Source: an uncultured delta proteobacterium
GTDB lineage: Bacteria > Myxococcota_A > UBA9160 > JAFDET01
Assembly: GCA_947259215.1 (NCBI GenBank)
Contig: CAMYLJ010000012.1
Span: 15,589-79,588, forward strand
DNA: 64,000 bases
Direction: 5' to 3'
This document shows, in pieces, positions 48,204-57,229 of this stretch. Positions within the stretch are counted from its first letter, which is position 1. The number at the start of each line of letters is the position of its first letter. Both the position numbers and the translations under genes were made by a program. Below the pieces are notes generated by a model. That model saw only the letters and a program-made list of their open reading frames with translations, was not told the origin of the DNA and ran no database searches.

Positions 48204-48788
48204 CTAGCGCGAGCCCGACGCATCGGGGACGCGGTAGACGCGCGGCCCCTCCAGCTCGCGGGTCGTCGGGTCTTCATGGGACTCCTCGGCGGGAGCCGCT
48301 GCCAGAGGGTAGATGATCACCTCCTGGCGCGGTTGCGGCGGGGGCGGAGCGGACACCGGGGGCGTGGGCGGCGGCGCCTCGGCCTCGCGGGACTGCTGGT
48401 CGTGGAGCCGAAGCTGCTCCTCGAGGTCGCGCTCGCGCGCGTCTTCGGCGCCGACGCTGCGGGGATCGGGCTCGTCGCACCAGGGGATCGCCACGATCAC
48501 GTTACCGATGCGGCGCATCACGCGCGTGGACGTGGGGTACGGGCAGCCCGCGCCGGAGAGGGCCTGCCGGATGGCGGCCCGGCGTTGGATCCGGGCCACC
48601 GCGCTGCGCCTGATCTGGGCACTCCTGATCTGGGAGCGGCTGATCTGGGAGCGCGCGACGCTGGGCCCGGCGAGGTAGGAGCGAGTGTACGAGGCCGTGA
48701 CGGGTGGCGAGGGCAGGCGGAACGCGCAGCCGGTGGCGGTCGTGAAGGTCAGCAGCAGGATCAGGGACGCCCAGGAGCCGGGGGGCAT
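48204..48788 (-). CDS. hypothetical lipoprotein (Pro-rich)
   Basis: The lipobox is LLLTFTTATGC. An SQISRSQIRSAQIR repeat and a PPPTPPVSAPPPPQP tract are present. No recognisable domain. Confidence 0.5.
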   Translation of the reverse strand: MPPGSWASLILLLTFTTATGCAFRLPSPPVTASYTRSYLAGPSVARSQISRSQIRSAQIRRSAVARIQRRAAIRQALSGAGCPYPTSTRVMRRIGNVIVAIPWCDEPDPRSVGAEDARERDLEEQLRLHDQQSREAEAPPPTPPVSAPPPPQPRQEVIIYPLAAAPAEESHEDPTTRELEGPRVYRVPDASGSR

Positions 48789-48815
48789 CGGACTCCCTCC
48801 CGACCCGAGTCTAGC

Positions 48816-49646
48816 TCACTCGCGCCGGCCGCCGCGCGCCGCCGCCACCGCGTCCTGGACGCTCCCGCGGTGCTCGTCGAGAAGCCGCTCGGCCACGGAC
48901 GCGTCCACGCTGGCGAGCTGTGCCACCAGCCCGATCGCCCGGCCGCGGAGCTTGCGGGAGACCGGAATCAGGTGGGTCATCAGGTTCCCCTCGACGCGCC
49001 CGAGCTTCACCATCGTGGAGGTGGAGAGGAGGTGCAGCACCATCTTCTGCGCCAGCCCGCCCTTCATGCGGGTCGAGCCGGCGATCACCTCGGGGCCGAC
49101 CACCGGCGTGATGGCCACCTCGGCGGCGCGGGCCAGGGGCGCGCGCGGGTCGCAGGTGATGGCGATGCGGCGGGCCCCGGTCTCCTGCGCCTCCTGCAGG
49201 GCCGCCAGCGCGAAGGGCGTGCGGCCGCTGGCCGAGAGCGCCACCACCGCGTCTCCCGGCATCAGCTCGCGCCGGCGCAGCTCGGCGCGCGCGGCGTCGC
49301 CGTCGTCCTCGGCTCCTTCGACGGAGCGGCGCAGGGCCTCGGGACCGCCGGCCACCACGGCCTGCACCCGCTCCGGCGGATAGCCGAAGGTCGGGGGGAT
49401 CTCGGCGGCATCGAGCGCGCCCATGCGGCCGCTCGTGCCCGCGCCCACGTTGAACCAACGACCGCCCCCCGAGAGCACCAGCACCAGGATGTCCACGGCG
49501 TCCGCCACCGCGGGCAGCACCTTCCCCACGGCCTGAAGCGCCTGGCGGTCCTCGGCGTGGATCGCCGCCAGGATCTCGGCCACGGGCCGCGTATCCAGAT
49601 CACGCGAGGCCTCGAGCACCTCCTCGGTCAGCACCTCGTCCGCCAT
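48816..49646 (-). CDS. murQ: N-acetylmuramic acid 6-phosphate etherase
   Basis: The SIS domain has GAGTSGRMG, SASGRTPF and GSTRMKGGLAQK. The ATG at 49646 was chosen. Confidence 0.8.
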   Translation of the reverse strand: MADEVLTEEVLEASRDLDTRPVAEILAAIHAEDRQALQAVGKVLPAVADAVDILVLVLSGGGRWFNVGAGTSGRMGALDAAEIPPTFGYPPERVQAVVAGGPEALRRSVEGAEDDGDAARAELRRRELMPGDAVVALSASGRTPFALAALQEAQETGARRIAITCDPRAPLARAAEVAITPVVGPEVIAGSTRMKGGLAQKMVLHLLSTSTMVKLGRVEGNLMTHLIPVSRKLRGRAIGLVAQLASVDASVAERLLDEHRGSVQDAVAAARGGRRE

Positions 49647-49708
49647 CTCCGGGTCCTTCGGTCGATCGGGAGCGGGGGATGAAACCCGCACGCCGCTAGA
49701 ATCCCGGC

Positions 49709-52138
49709 GTGCCCTTCAGCGTATCGCAACGAACGCTGCAACAGCTCGACTGGCAAGCGGTGGTGGCCCGTCTGGTCGCCCACGCCGCGACGCCCCGGGG
49801 CCGCGCCCGGCTCGCGAGCGACGGAGACGGCGAGGACGGGGAGGCCGGGACGGCGCTCTTCGCCGCCAGCGCCGGTGAGGCCCGCCGGCGCATGGCCGAG
49901 ACCGGGGAGGCCCGGGCGCTGCTCGACGCCGGCGACGCGCCGCCCCTGGGCGGCGTGTCGGAGCTGACGCCGGCCCTGCGCAGGCTGGCAGCCGGGGGCG
50001 TGCTCGCGGCGCGCGAGCTGCTCGAACTGAGCCACGCCCTGGCCGCCCTGCGCGACACCCGCCGCTTTCTCCACGCGCGGCGTGAGACGGCGCCGGGCCT
50101 GGCCTCCCGGGCCGACACCATCGAGGACCAGCCGGCCCTGGCCGAGGAGATCGAGTGGTGCCTGGATCCCGAGGGCGAGGTGCGCGACGCGGCCTCGCCA
50201 GCGCTGGCGGAGGCGCGCTCGCTCTCGCGCAGCCTGGGCTCGGAGCTCCAGCGGCGCCTGACCCGCTACCTGCACGACCCGGACATCGCCGAGTGCCTGT
50301 CGGATTCGTTCGTGACCGTGCGCAGCGACCGCTACGTGCTGCCGGTGCGGGCCGACGCACGCGGGCGCGTGCGCGGCATCGTGCACGACGCCTCGGGCTC
50401 CGGCACCACGCTCTTCATCGAGCCCGAGGCGGTGGTCGAGACGAACAACCGCCTGAAGCAGGCGGAACTCGAGGTGGAGCGCGAGACCCTGCGCGTGCTG
50501 CGGCGTCTGTCGGAGCAGGCGGCGGCGGGCCTGCCCGCCCTCGACGCCGGGCTCGAGGCCCTGGCCGCCATCGACCTGGCCTTCGCGCGCGGGTGCCTGT
50601 CCGTCGAGATGCAGGCCTGCGAGCCGGAGATCGGGGACGAGGGCATCTTCGTCCTGCCCCAGCTCCGGCATCCGCTCCTCGACCCGGCGCGCGTGGTCCC
50701 GAACGACCTGCGCCTCGGCGAAGGTGCGCACGTGCTCGTGATCTCGGGACCCAACGCCGGTGGCAAGACCGTGGCCATGAAGGCGCTGGCACTGGCCGCG
50801 CTCTTCGCCCGCGCGGGCCTGCACGTGCCGGCCGATCCCGGCGCGCGGGTGGACCAGGTGGACGCGGTGCTGGCCGACATCGGCGACGCCCAGAGCCTGC
50901 GCGAGAGTCTCTCCACCTTCTCGGCCCACATGGCCAACCTGGCGCGCATCGTCGAGCGGGCGGGGCCGCGCAGCCTGGTGGTCCTGGACGAGCTCGGCGT
51001 GGGCACGGACCCGGGCGAGGGCGCGGCGCTGGCGCAGTCGGCCCTCGAGGCGCTGGCGGACGCGGGCGCGCGGGTCGTGGCCACGACCCACTACAACCTG
51101 CTGAAGGAGATGGCCGACGTGGACGCGCGCTTCGAGAACGCGTGCGTCGAGTTCGAGGCGGAGACGCTGGCGCCCACCTATCGCCTGCGGCTCGGCGCGG
51201 CGGGCGCCTCGTCCGCCACCGCCGTGGCGGCGCGCATGGGACTGCGCGGCGACGTGATCGAGCGCGCGAACGCGCTGCTGGAGCGCGAGGACCGGCGCCT
51301 CGACAAGCTGCTGTCGGAGCTCGGGGCGAGCCGCGCCGCCCTGGAACGCGAGCGCTCGGAGGCGGAGCGGCTGCGTGCCGAGGGCGAGGACGTCCGCGCG
51401 CGCTACCGCAGCAAGCTCGAGCGCCTGCAGCAGCGCCGCGACGACCTCTTCCGCGAGATGCGCGGTGGTCTCGACCGCGCCTTCCGGGACGCCCACGGCG
51501 AGGTCGCGGCCGTGATCCGCGGGCTCCAGCGCGGCGACACCAGCGCCCAGGAAGCGGCCCGGGCTCGCGAGCGGCTGCTGCGCCTGCAGGAGCGGCAGCG
51601 CGAGAGCGAGTCCGCAGTCGCCCCCTCCTCCGAGGAGCAGGCGGACCTCCCCGCCGTGGACTGGCGCTTCGCGAAGCCCGGCGACCCGGTGCGGGTGGTG
51701 GGCGGCGGTGAAGGCGCGCTGCTGGCGCTCCCCGACAAGCGCGGCCGCGTGGCCGTGCGGGTGGGCGGCGCCCGCGTAGTCGTGCCGGCAGACCGCGTGG
51801 CGCCCGCGCGCGACGCCGCGGAGACGCCGGCGCGACGGGCGCCGCCGCGGGTCCGGGTCGAGACCCGCCCGACCGAGCCGATCCCGGGACACGGCACGAG
51901 CGAACGCGTCGACTTCCACGGGCTGCGGGTGGACGACGCCCTCGAGCGCCTGCCGCGGGTCCTGGATCGCGCCGCCCGCGCCGGCTGCGATCGCGTGGTG
52001 ATCGTGCACGGCCGCGGCACCGGTGCGCTGCGCGAGGCCGTGCGCGAGTGGCTGCGCGAATGCCCCTACGTGGCACGCTTCGCCGGCGGCACTCCGGAGG
52101 AAGGCGGCGACGGCGCCACCGTAGCGCACCTGGCCTAG
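49709..52138 (+). CDS. mutS2: endonuclease MutS2 (MutS ATPase plus C-terminal Smr domain)
   Basis: Walker A ISGPNAGGKT, VLDELGVGTDP and the C-terminal Smr block VDFHGLRVDDALERL...VHGRGTGALR. Confidence 0.9.
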   Translation: MPFSVSQRTLQQLDWQAVVARLVAHAATPRGRARLASDGDGEDGEAGTALFAASAGEARRRMAETGEARALLDAGDAPPLGGVSELTPALRRLAAGGVLAARELLELSHALAALRDTRRFLHARRETAPGLASRADTIEDQPALAEEIEWCLDPEGEVRDAASPALAEARSLSRSLGSELQRRLTRYLHDPDIAECLSDSFVTVRSDRYVLPVRADARGRVRGIVHDASGSGTTLFIEPEAVVETNNRLKQAELEVERETLRVLRRLSEQAAAGLPALDAGLEALAAIDLAFARGCLSVEMQACEPEIGDEGIFVLPQLRHPLLDPARVVPNDLRLGEGAHVLVISGPNAGGKTVAMKALALAALFARAGLHVPADPGARVDQVDAVLADIGDAQSLRESLSTFSAHMANLARIVERAGPRSLVVLDELGVGTDPGEGAALAQSALEALADAGARVVATTHYNLLKEMADVDARFENACVEFEAETLAPTYRLRLGAAGASSATAVAARMGLRGDVIERANALLEREDRRLDKLLSELGASRAALERERSEAERLRAEGEDVRARYRSKLERLQQRRDDLFREMRGGLDRAFRDAHGEVAAVIRGLQRGDTSAQEAARARERLLRLQERQRESESAVAPSSEEQADLPAVDWRFAKPGDPVRVVGGGEGALLALPDKRGRVAVRVGGARVVVPADRVAPARDAAETPARRAPPRVRVETRPTEPIPGHGTSERVDFHGLRVDDALERLPRVLDRAARAGCDRVVIVHGRGTGALREAVREWLRECPYVARFAGGTPEEGGDGATVAHLA

Positions 52139-54234
52139 GGCTCGGATCTCCGCTTGGACTGGTCACGCTTCTCCAGCACGTCCAGGCAGGCGTCGGCCCC
52201 GTTGACGCTGTCCGCCAGGCTGATGATCCAGCGCGGCAGGAAGGTGACCGGGCTGACCGCGAACTGGATCACGGTGCCGACCAGGTCCTGAGGTGCCACG
52301 CCGACCCCGAAGTCGTCGAAGTGCCCGTTCACCCGCACGGGAGTCTTGAGGGCGAAGAACTGCGGCTGCTTCGGGTTGGGCACGAGCTCCGCACGCACCG
52401 TCTGCTCGCGGAAGTCCACCTCCAGGTCGCCGGTCACCCGCACGCGCGTCACGTCCACCAGCAGGTCCCGTTCGGTCAGCACGCCGTCGTTCAGGTCGAA
52501 GAGGCCGATGGCGCAGTTCACCTCCGAGGGCTCGCTCGAGCCCAGGAAGGGCAGGACGTTCGTGAAGAGGTTCAGCGCCCAGAGGTCGAAGACCCCCGCC
52601 TCGAACTCCTCCGGGAAGACCGCGAAGTCGAAGTACCCGGTCGCGTGCTCCATCAGCCGCGACGCGTCCGCGGCGCGCGACTCCAGCTCGACCTCCATTG
52701 CGAAGAGGCCGCGCATCTTCGTCTCCGGATCGATCCGGCGCGCGAGAATCCCGTAGTCGAAGTCGTGCACCTCGATTCCCAGCTCTGTCGCGACGCCTTC
52801 GGGCGCCGGCGCGATGTCGCTGGTCATGCGCAGCTTGCCGCCCGGCACCTGGAGCTCCAGGGGATCGAGCCGGAAGCGGCCTGCCTTGGTCTCGGCGACG
52901 AGCCGCCCCGCACCGAGCCGGTCCTTGCCCGAGTTCACCTGCTTCACGTCGATCGAGAGCCGCACGTCGGCCGCGGCGAGCCCCTCGACGCTGAGGATCG
53001 CCGCGCGCGGGGTGTCGGGTTCGAGATCCGCAGGCTCGGCAACCTCCTGCTGGGCCTCCGGCTCGGGAGTCGTCTCCTCCTGGGGCGGCGGAGCTTCTTC
53101 GCCCGTAAGCGACCAGCCCTCCGTGCGAAAGTCGTCCAGCTGGATCTGATCCGCCGTGAGCTCGATCGCGAGCCGCGGCGGCTTGGTCCGCTGGTGGAAC
53201 GCGAAGGTCCCGTCCAGGTCGCTGCCGCCGACGCGCACGCGCGCGTCGGATTCGAAGCGCCGCCCCTCGAAGGCGCGCACGTCGCCGTGGAACGAGTAGG
53301 GACCGAGCGGCGGCAGCGAGACCCCGGCAAAGACGTCCAGGTCGTCCAGGCGCTCCCCGCGAATGTCGAGGTCGAAGCGCCCGATCCGGCGCCCGGGAGG
53401 CAGCAGCGGAACCTCTGAGTCATCCGCCGGGTTCGGGATCGGAATCGGCTCGTCGATCACGGTCTCGAGCTCGACCGTGGTGCGCGCGGCCTCGAGCGTG
53501 ATCGCGAGTGGCCACGGGTTCTCCGAGCTGAAGAGGTCGACCGGCGGGCCCCCTTTGACAGACAGCGTCACGATCTCGTTCAACAGGTTGGCGCGGGCCT
53601 CGAGCGTCAGCGGCTCGTCCGTCGCGACGGAGCCGGTGAGCGATTCGAGCTCGTCGCTGACGTCGAGGCCCGTCACCGCGTTGCGGCTCGAGACGCGCAG
53701 CCGCTCGACGGCCAGCTCTTGGAGCTCGAATCCCTGGATCTTGTAGTCCTCCAGCAGGACCTCCCACCAAGGCTGTTCCGGCTCCGCAGCGGGCTCGGCG
53801 TCGGGCTCCGGCTCTACGTCGCGGCCCCGGTCTTCGAAGTGCCAGTTCACACGGCCGTCCGCCAGGCGTTCGAACAGGACCTCCGCGCCCTCGGCGCGCA
53901 GCTCCTCCACCTGGATGCGCCGCGACGTGAGCGTCGGCCAGAGGTCGATCCGCAGGCGCGCCCGCTCGAGCCGCACGAAGTCGGGCTCGGGCCAGCCCGG
54001 CGGATTCCCGATCCGGAAGCCTCGCACCTCGAGCAGGGGCCGCAGGCTCCCGATCAGGAACGCGCTCTCGATCTCGACCTCGCGCCCCAGGGCTTCCTTC
54101 GCCGCGCGCACCACCAGGGGCTTCACGCGGTGGAGATCCGCCGTGACGCCGGCCAGGAGGACGTACGCGAGGGCGACCGCCAGCAGGACCGCGATCGCCA
54201 GGAAGCCCAGCGCGATGACTCGGAGAACTCTCAA
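52135..54234 (-). CDS. AsmA family protein (second copy)
   Basis: A TTG start and an N-terminal TM segment VIALGFLAIAVLLAVALAYVLL. The AsmA N-domain pattern (VEIESAFLIG...RARLRIDLWPTL) and a long beta-rich body follow. Confidence 0.65.
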   Translation of the reverse strand: MRVLRVIALGFLAIAVLLAVALAYVLLAGVTADLHRVKPLVVRAAKEALGREVEIESAFLIGSLRPLLEVRGFRIGNPPGWPEPDFVRLERARLRIDLWPTLTSRRIQVEELRAEGAEVLFERLADGRVNWHFEDRGRDVEPEPDAEPAAEPEQPWWEVLLEDYKIQGFELQELAVERLRVSSRNAVTGLDVSDELESLTGSVATDEPLTLEARANLLNEIVTLSVKGGPPVDLFSSENPWPLAITLEAARTTVELETVIDEPIPIPNPADDSEVPLLPPGRRIGRFDLDIRGERLDDLDVFAGVSLPPLGPYSFHGDVRAFEGRRFESDARVRVGGSDLDGTFAFHQRTKPPRLAIELTADQIQLDDFRTEGWSLTGEEAPPPQEETTPEPEAQQEVAEPADLEPDTPRAAILSVEGLAAADVRLSIDVKQVNSGKDRLGAGRLVAETKAGRFRLDPLELQVPGGKLRMTSDIAPAPEGVATELGIEVHDFDYGILARRIDPETKMRGLFAMEVELESRAADASRLMEHATGYFDFAVFPEEFEAGVFDLWALNLFTNVLPFLGSSEPSEVNCAIGLFDLNDGVLTERDLLVDVTRVRVTGDLEVDFREQTVRAELVPNPKQPQFFALKTPVRVNGHFDDFGVGVAPQDLVGTVIQFAVSPVTFLPRWIISLADSVNGADACLDVLEKRDQSKRRSEP

Positions 54235-54284
54235 CGCCGCTAGATGCTACTGGCGCCCGCGCAAGAGGGCGAGCGCTACGGGCC

Positions 54285-55628
54285 TCAGAGTCCGAGGTCG
54301 GCGCGCACGGCGGCCGCCGCGCGGAATCCCGACGCCACGGCCCCCTCCACCCGGGGCCCCGCGAGGTAATCGCCCGCGAAGTAGACGCGACGCCCCCGCG
54401 CGGCCACGTCCCGCTGCACGGGGGCGAAGCGCGCCAACGCGCGATAGGCGCCCACCTCGAAGCGCGGCAGCGCCAGCGGCCAGCGCGCCACGCGCGTGAA
54501 GCGCACCCGCTCGGCGGCCAGCGGATAGAGGCGCGCCAGCTCGTGCAGGAGCGCGCGCTCGATCACGTGATCGCTCGCCTCCAGGTGGGCGTGGCTCCAG
54601 TCGGGCCGGGCGACGAGCCTGGCCGCCGCGCAGCCGTCGGGCACCCGATCCCCGCGCCGCCCCGGCTCGAGCAGCAGGGATGCCAACGGCCCGGGCTCTG
54701 CAGGCGGGATCCGGACCCGGACCGCGCGCGGGACGATCGGGTCGCCGAGGGCCACCTCCAGGGTCACGGCCGGCGCGTAGCGGACCTGGGAGAAGAAGTC
54801 GCGCTCGGCCGGTGTGAGCAGCGAGTGGGCCAGCTCGGCCGCGACCGGCGCCGGCGTCGCGATCACGACGGCGTCCGCGCCCGCGGTCCCCTCGAGCTCG
54901 TCGGCCCGGAAGCGCACGAGCGCGCCGCCGGCCCCGGCGGACTCCACGGCCTCGGCCGCGGCGCCGAGGCGCACGTCGAGCCCGTCCGCCAGCCGCGGAC
55001 CGACGCTGCCGGCGCCCCCGCGGAAGAGGGCGGGAACGGCGTCGGGCGGAGCCGCCAGGCCGAGCAGGAAGAGCACGCGGCTCGCCTGCTCGGGATCCGC
55101 GAGCGCGTCGCAGGCCACCAGCGGGGCGGCCCAGCGCGCGTAGAGCGCCTCGCCCAGGTAGAGCCGGGCGAAGTCGGCCACGCTGCGGTCGTCGTGGGGC
55201 GCCGCGCGCTCCGGCGCCTCGCGGTCGAGGTTCGGCGCGTAGCGGCGCAGCAGGCGGGGCAGGCGCAGCAGGCGGCGCGTCTGCCAGAAGCCCACCCCCG
55301 GCAGCCGCGCCAGGGCGCGCCAGCCGGAGCCCCGCCCCTCGTGTACCCAGCCGCCGCGGAGCTGGCACTCGGCGGCGGAGCGCAGCGGAAGCAGGGCGTC
55401 CGGAGCGCCGGCCTCGGACAGGAGCTGCGCCAGCCGCACGTCGGCGCTCGACAGCAGGTGGGCCCCGGGCTCGCAGGGGAAGCCTTCCTTGTCCTCGCCG
55501 GCCACCCGGCCCCCGGCCCGTCGCTGGCGTTCCAGCACCCGGACCTCGCAGCCGGCGGCCACCAGGCGCCGGGCCACGGCCAGCCCGGCCGGGCCGGCGC
55601 CGACCACCACCACCCGTCGCGCGGACAT
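54285..55628 (-). CDS. FAD-dependent oxidoreductase (amine oxidase / protoporphyrinogen oxidase-like fold)
   Basis: VVVVGAGPAGLAVARRL...VLERQRRAGGR is a dinucleotide-binding motif. The C-terminal FAGDY follows. A GGAGGA motif precedes the ATG. Confidence 0.7.
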   Translation of the reverse strand: MSARRVVVVGAGPAGLAVARRLVAAGCEVRVLERQRRAGGRVAGEDKEGFPCEPGAHLLSSADVRLAQLLSEAGAPDALLPLRSAAECQLRGGWVHEGRGSGWRALARLPGVGFWQTRRLLRLPRLLRRYAPNLDREAPERAAPHDDRSVADFARLYLGEALYARWAAPLVACDALADPEQASRVLFLLGLAAPPDAVPALFRGGAGSVGPRLADGLDVRLGAAAEAVESAGAGGALVRFRADELEGTAGADAVVIATPAPVAAELAHSLLTPAERDFFSQVRYAPAVTLEVALGDPIVPRAVRVRIPPAEPGPLASLLLEPGRRGDRVPDGCAAARLVARPDWSHAHLEASDHVIERALLHELARLYPLAAERVRFTRVARWPLALPRFEVGAYRALARFAPVQRDVAARGRRVYFAGDYLAGPRVEGAVASGFRAAAAVRADLGL

Positions 55629-55684
55629 GAAAATCCTCCGGAACTCGGGACTTTAGCAGGCGGGGGCGCCGGGCGGTGGGGCCT

Positions 55685-55710
55685 TGAACCGCGGGCGGGC
55701 TCCGGGCGTA
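55685..55710 (+). promoter_or_regulatory. possible ECF-type promoter upstream of the ECF sigma gene
   Basis: TGAACC-N16-CGTA resembles the GGAAC-N16/17-CGTC autoregulated ECF promoter pattern. It lies in the divergent intergenic region. Confidence 0.35.
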
Positions 55711-55759
55711 CTACGCGGTGTGGCCAGTGCGGAGCGACACTCGGGTACCGTGCGAGGCG

Positions 55760-56290
55760 GTGGATTCGGACGAGCAGCTGATGATCCGCGTGCAGGCGGG
55801 GGACGAGGACGCCGTCACGGAGCTCGTCACGCGCTGGCGGGCGCGGCTCTACGGCTTCCTGGTGCGACGCGCCCCGGACGTGGCCGACGACCTCTTTCAG
55901 GAGACGTGGATCCGGGTGGTGCGGGCGGCGGAGCGCTTCGACCCGAGCCGTCGCTTCTCCACCTGGCTCTTCCAGATCGCGAACAACCTGTGCCGCGACC
56001 GCGCCCGCCGGCGCGCCGTGGAGGAGAGCTACCGACACAGCGTGCGTGAGGAGATCCGGCACGACGCCGGGCGGCTCGATCCGCCGCCCCTGGACCTGCG
56101 ACTGGACATGCACCGCCGCGTGCACGCCCTGCCGGAGCGCCTGCGCGAGGTGCTGCTGCTGCGCTACTACCACCGCCTGTCGGAGGCGGAGATCGCGGAC
56201 ACGGTGGGCATTCCGCGCGGCACGGTGAAGAGCCGGCTACACCACGCCGTGCGCGCGCTGCGCCAGCAGATGGCGGAGGCGGACGCATGA
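55760..56290 (+). CDS. ECF-type RNA polymerase sigma-70 family factor
   Basis: Region 2 has DLFQETWIRV and FSTWLFQIANNLCRD. Region 4 has LLLRYYHRLSEAEIADTVGIPRGTVKSRL. The start is uncertain (GTG at 55760 after GAGG, or GTG at 55718). Confidence 0.8.
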   Translation: MDSDEQLMIRVQAGDEDAVTELVTRWRARLYGFLVRRAPDVADDLFQETWIRVVRAAERFDPSRRFSTWLFQIANNLCRDRARRRAVEESYRHSVREEIRHDAGRLDPPPLDLRLDMHRRVHALPERLREVLLLRYYHRLSEAEIADTVGIPRGTVKSRLHHAVRALRQQMAEADA

Positions 56291-56802
56291 GCGCGAACAC
56301 TCCCTGTGTCGGCGTCCAGGAACGCCTGATCGAAGCGCTGCTCGCCCACGACGAGGCGGCGGCGCCGGACCTGGCCCACAGCGAGAGCTGCGACGCGTGC
56401 CGGACCTTGCGCGACGACCTGCTGCACGTGCGTGCCGGCCTCGGAACGGACGCGGAGCAGGAGCCGGCGCCGGCCATGGTGCAGCGCACCCTGCTCGCGA
56501 CGCGCTCGGCCCTGCGGCGCCGCGCGCCGGCGCGTGCGCCGCTCCCCGTCGGATTCAAGCGCGAGCTGGCGCGGCTCCTGGCCGCGCCGCTCGCGGTCCT
56601 TCCCCTGGTGCTGCTGTGGAACTGGACCGTGCTCGCTTTCGGCGGCGAGCTCCTGGCCGCCTGGCTGCCGACCGCGGCGATCGTGGCCCTGGGGGCGGCC
56701 TACGCCCTGGCCGCCGGCGGCTCGCTGGCGGCCGTCTTCGGGTCGCTGCCGGTGGTGGCCCACGGCCGCACCCAGCAGCGCCTGCGTGAGGTAACGGCAT
56801 GA
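56287..56802 (+). CDS. membrane anti-sigma factor with a zf-HC2 (HX3CX2C) motif
   Basis: HSESCDAC is an HX3CX2C motif and C-terminal TM segments follow. ATGA overlap with the sigma gene. Confidence 0.7.
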   Translation: MSANTPCVGVQERLIEALLAHDEAAAPDLAHSESCDACRTLRDDLLHVRAGLGTDAEQEPAPAMVQRTLLATRSALRRRAPARAPLPVGFKRELARLLAAPLAVLPLVLLWNWTVLAFGGELLAAWLPTAAIVALGAAYALAAGGSLAAVFGSLPVVAHGRTQQRLREVTA

Positions 56803-57134
56803 GCGAGAAGAAGACGTGTCCCTACTGCGCGGAGGAGATCCGCGCCGAAGCCATCAAGTGCCGCTGGTGCGGCTCCGTGCTCGAGGTCGGCGGGGTCGGC
56901 GCCTCCCTGAGCGAGCCGTGGCTGCGTAGCAGCCGCGGTGCCATGGTGGCCGGCGTCTGCGCCGGCCTGGCCGAGCGCTTCGAGATCTCCGTCACGGTGA
57001 TCCGGCTGATCTTCGTGGTGTCGTTCCTGTTCGGCTTCGGCACGAGCCTGCTGATCTACGTGGTGCTCTGGGTCGTGATGCCGCGCGAGGAAGACGTGCC
57101 GCGTCGTCTCGAGAGCGGCAACCCCTACGAGTAG
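56799..57134 (+). CDS. PspC-domain membrane protein with an N-terminal zinc ribbon
   Basis: The four-Cys ribbon CPYC...CRWC. MVAGVCAGLAERFEISVTVIRLIFVV is a PspC domain. ATGA overlap with the anti-sigma gene. Confidence 0.75.
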   Translation: MSEKKTCPYCAEEIRAEAIKCRWCGSVLEVGGVGASLSEPWLRSSRGAMVAGVCAGLAERFEISVTVIRLIFVVSFLFGFGTSLLIYVVLWVVMPREEDVPRRLESGNPYE

Positions 57135-57141
57135 CCCTCCG

Positions 57142-57214
57142 GTCCTAAGAAACGGGGACGGTCCTAAGAAACTCCGCAGCGGAGTTTCTTAGGACCGTCC
57201 CCGTTTCTTAGGAC
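57142..57214. repeat. 73-nt AT-rich palindrome (TAAGAAAC family, copy B)
   Basis: GTCCTAAGAAACGGGGACGGTCCTAAGAAACTCCGC-A-GCGGAGTTTCTTAGGACCGTCCCCGTTTCTTAGGAC lies between two convergent stop codons. Its inner part, GGGGACG-N4-TAAGAAAC-stem-A-stem, parallels copy A. Confidence 0.85.
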
Positions 57215-57229
57215 TGCCCACGTGGTCTT

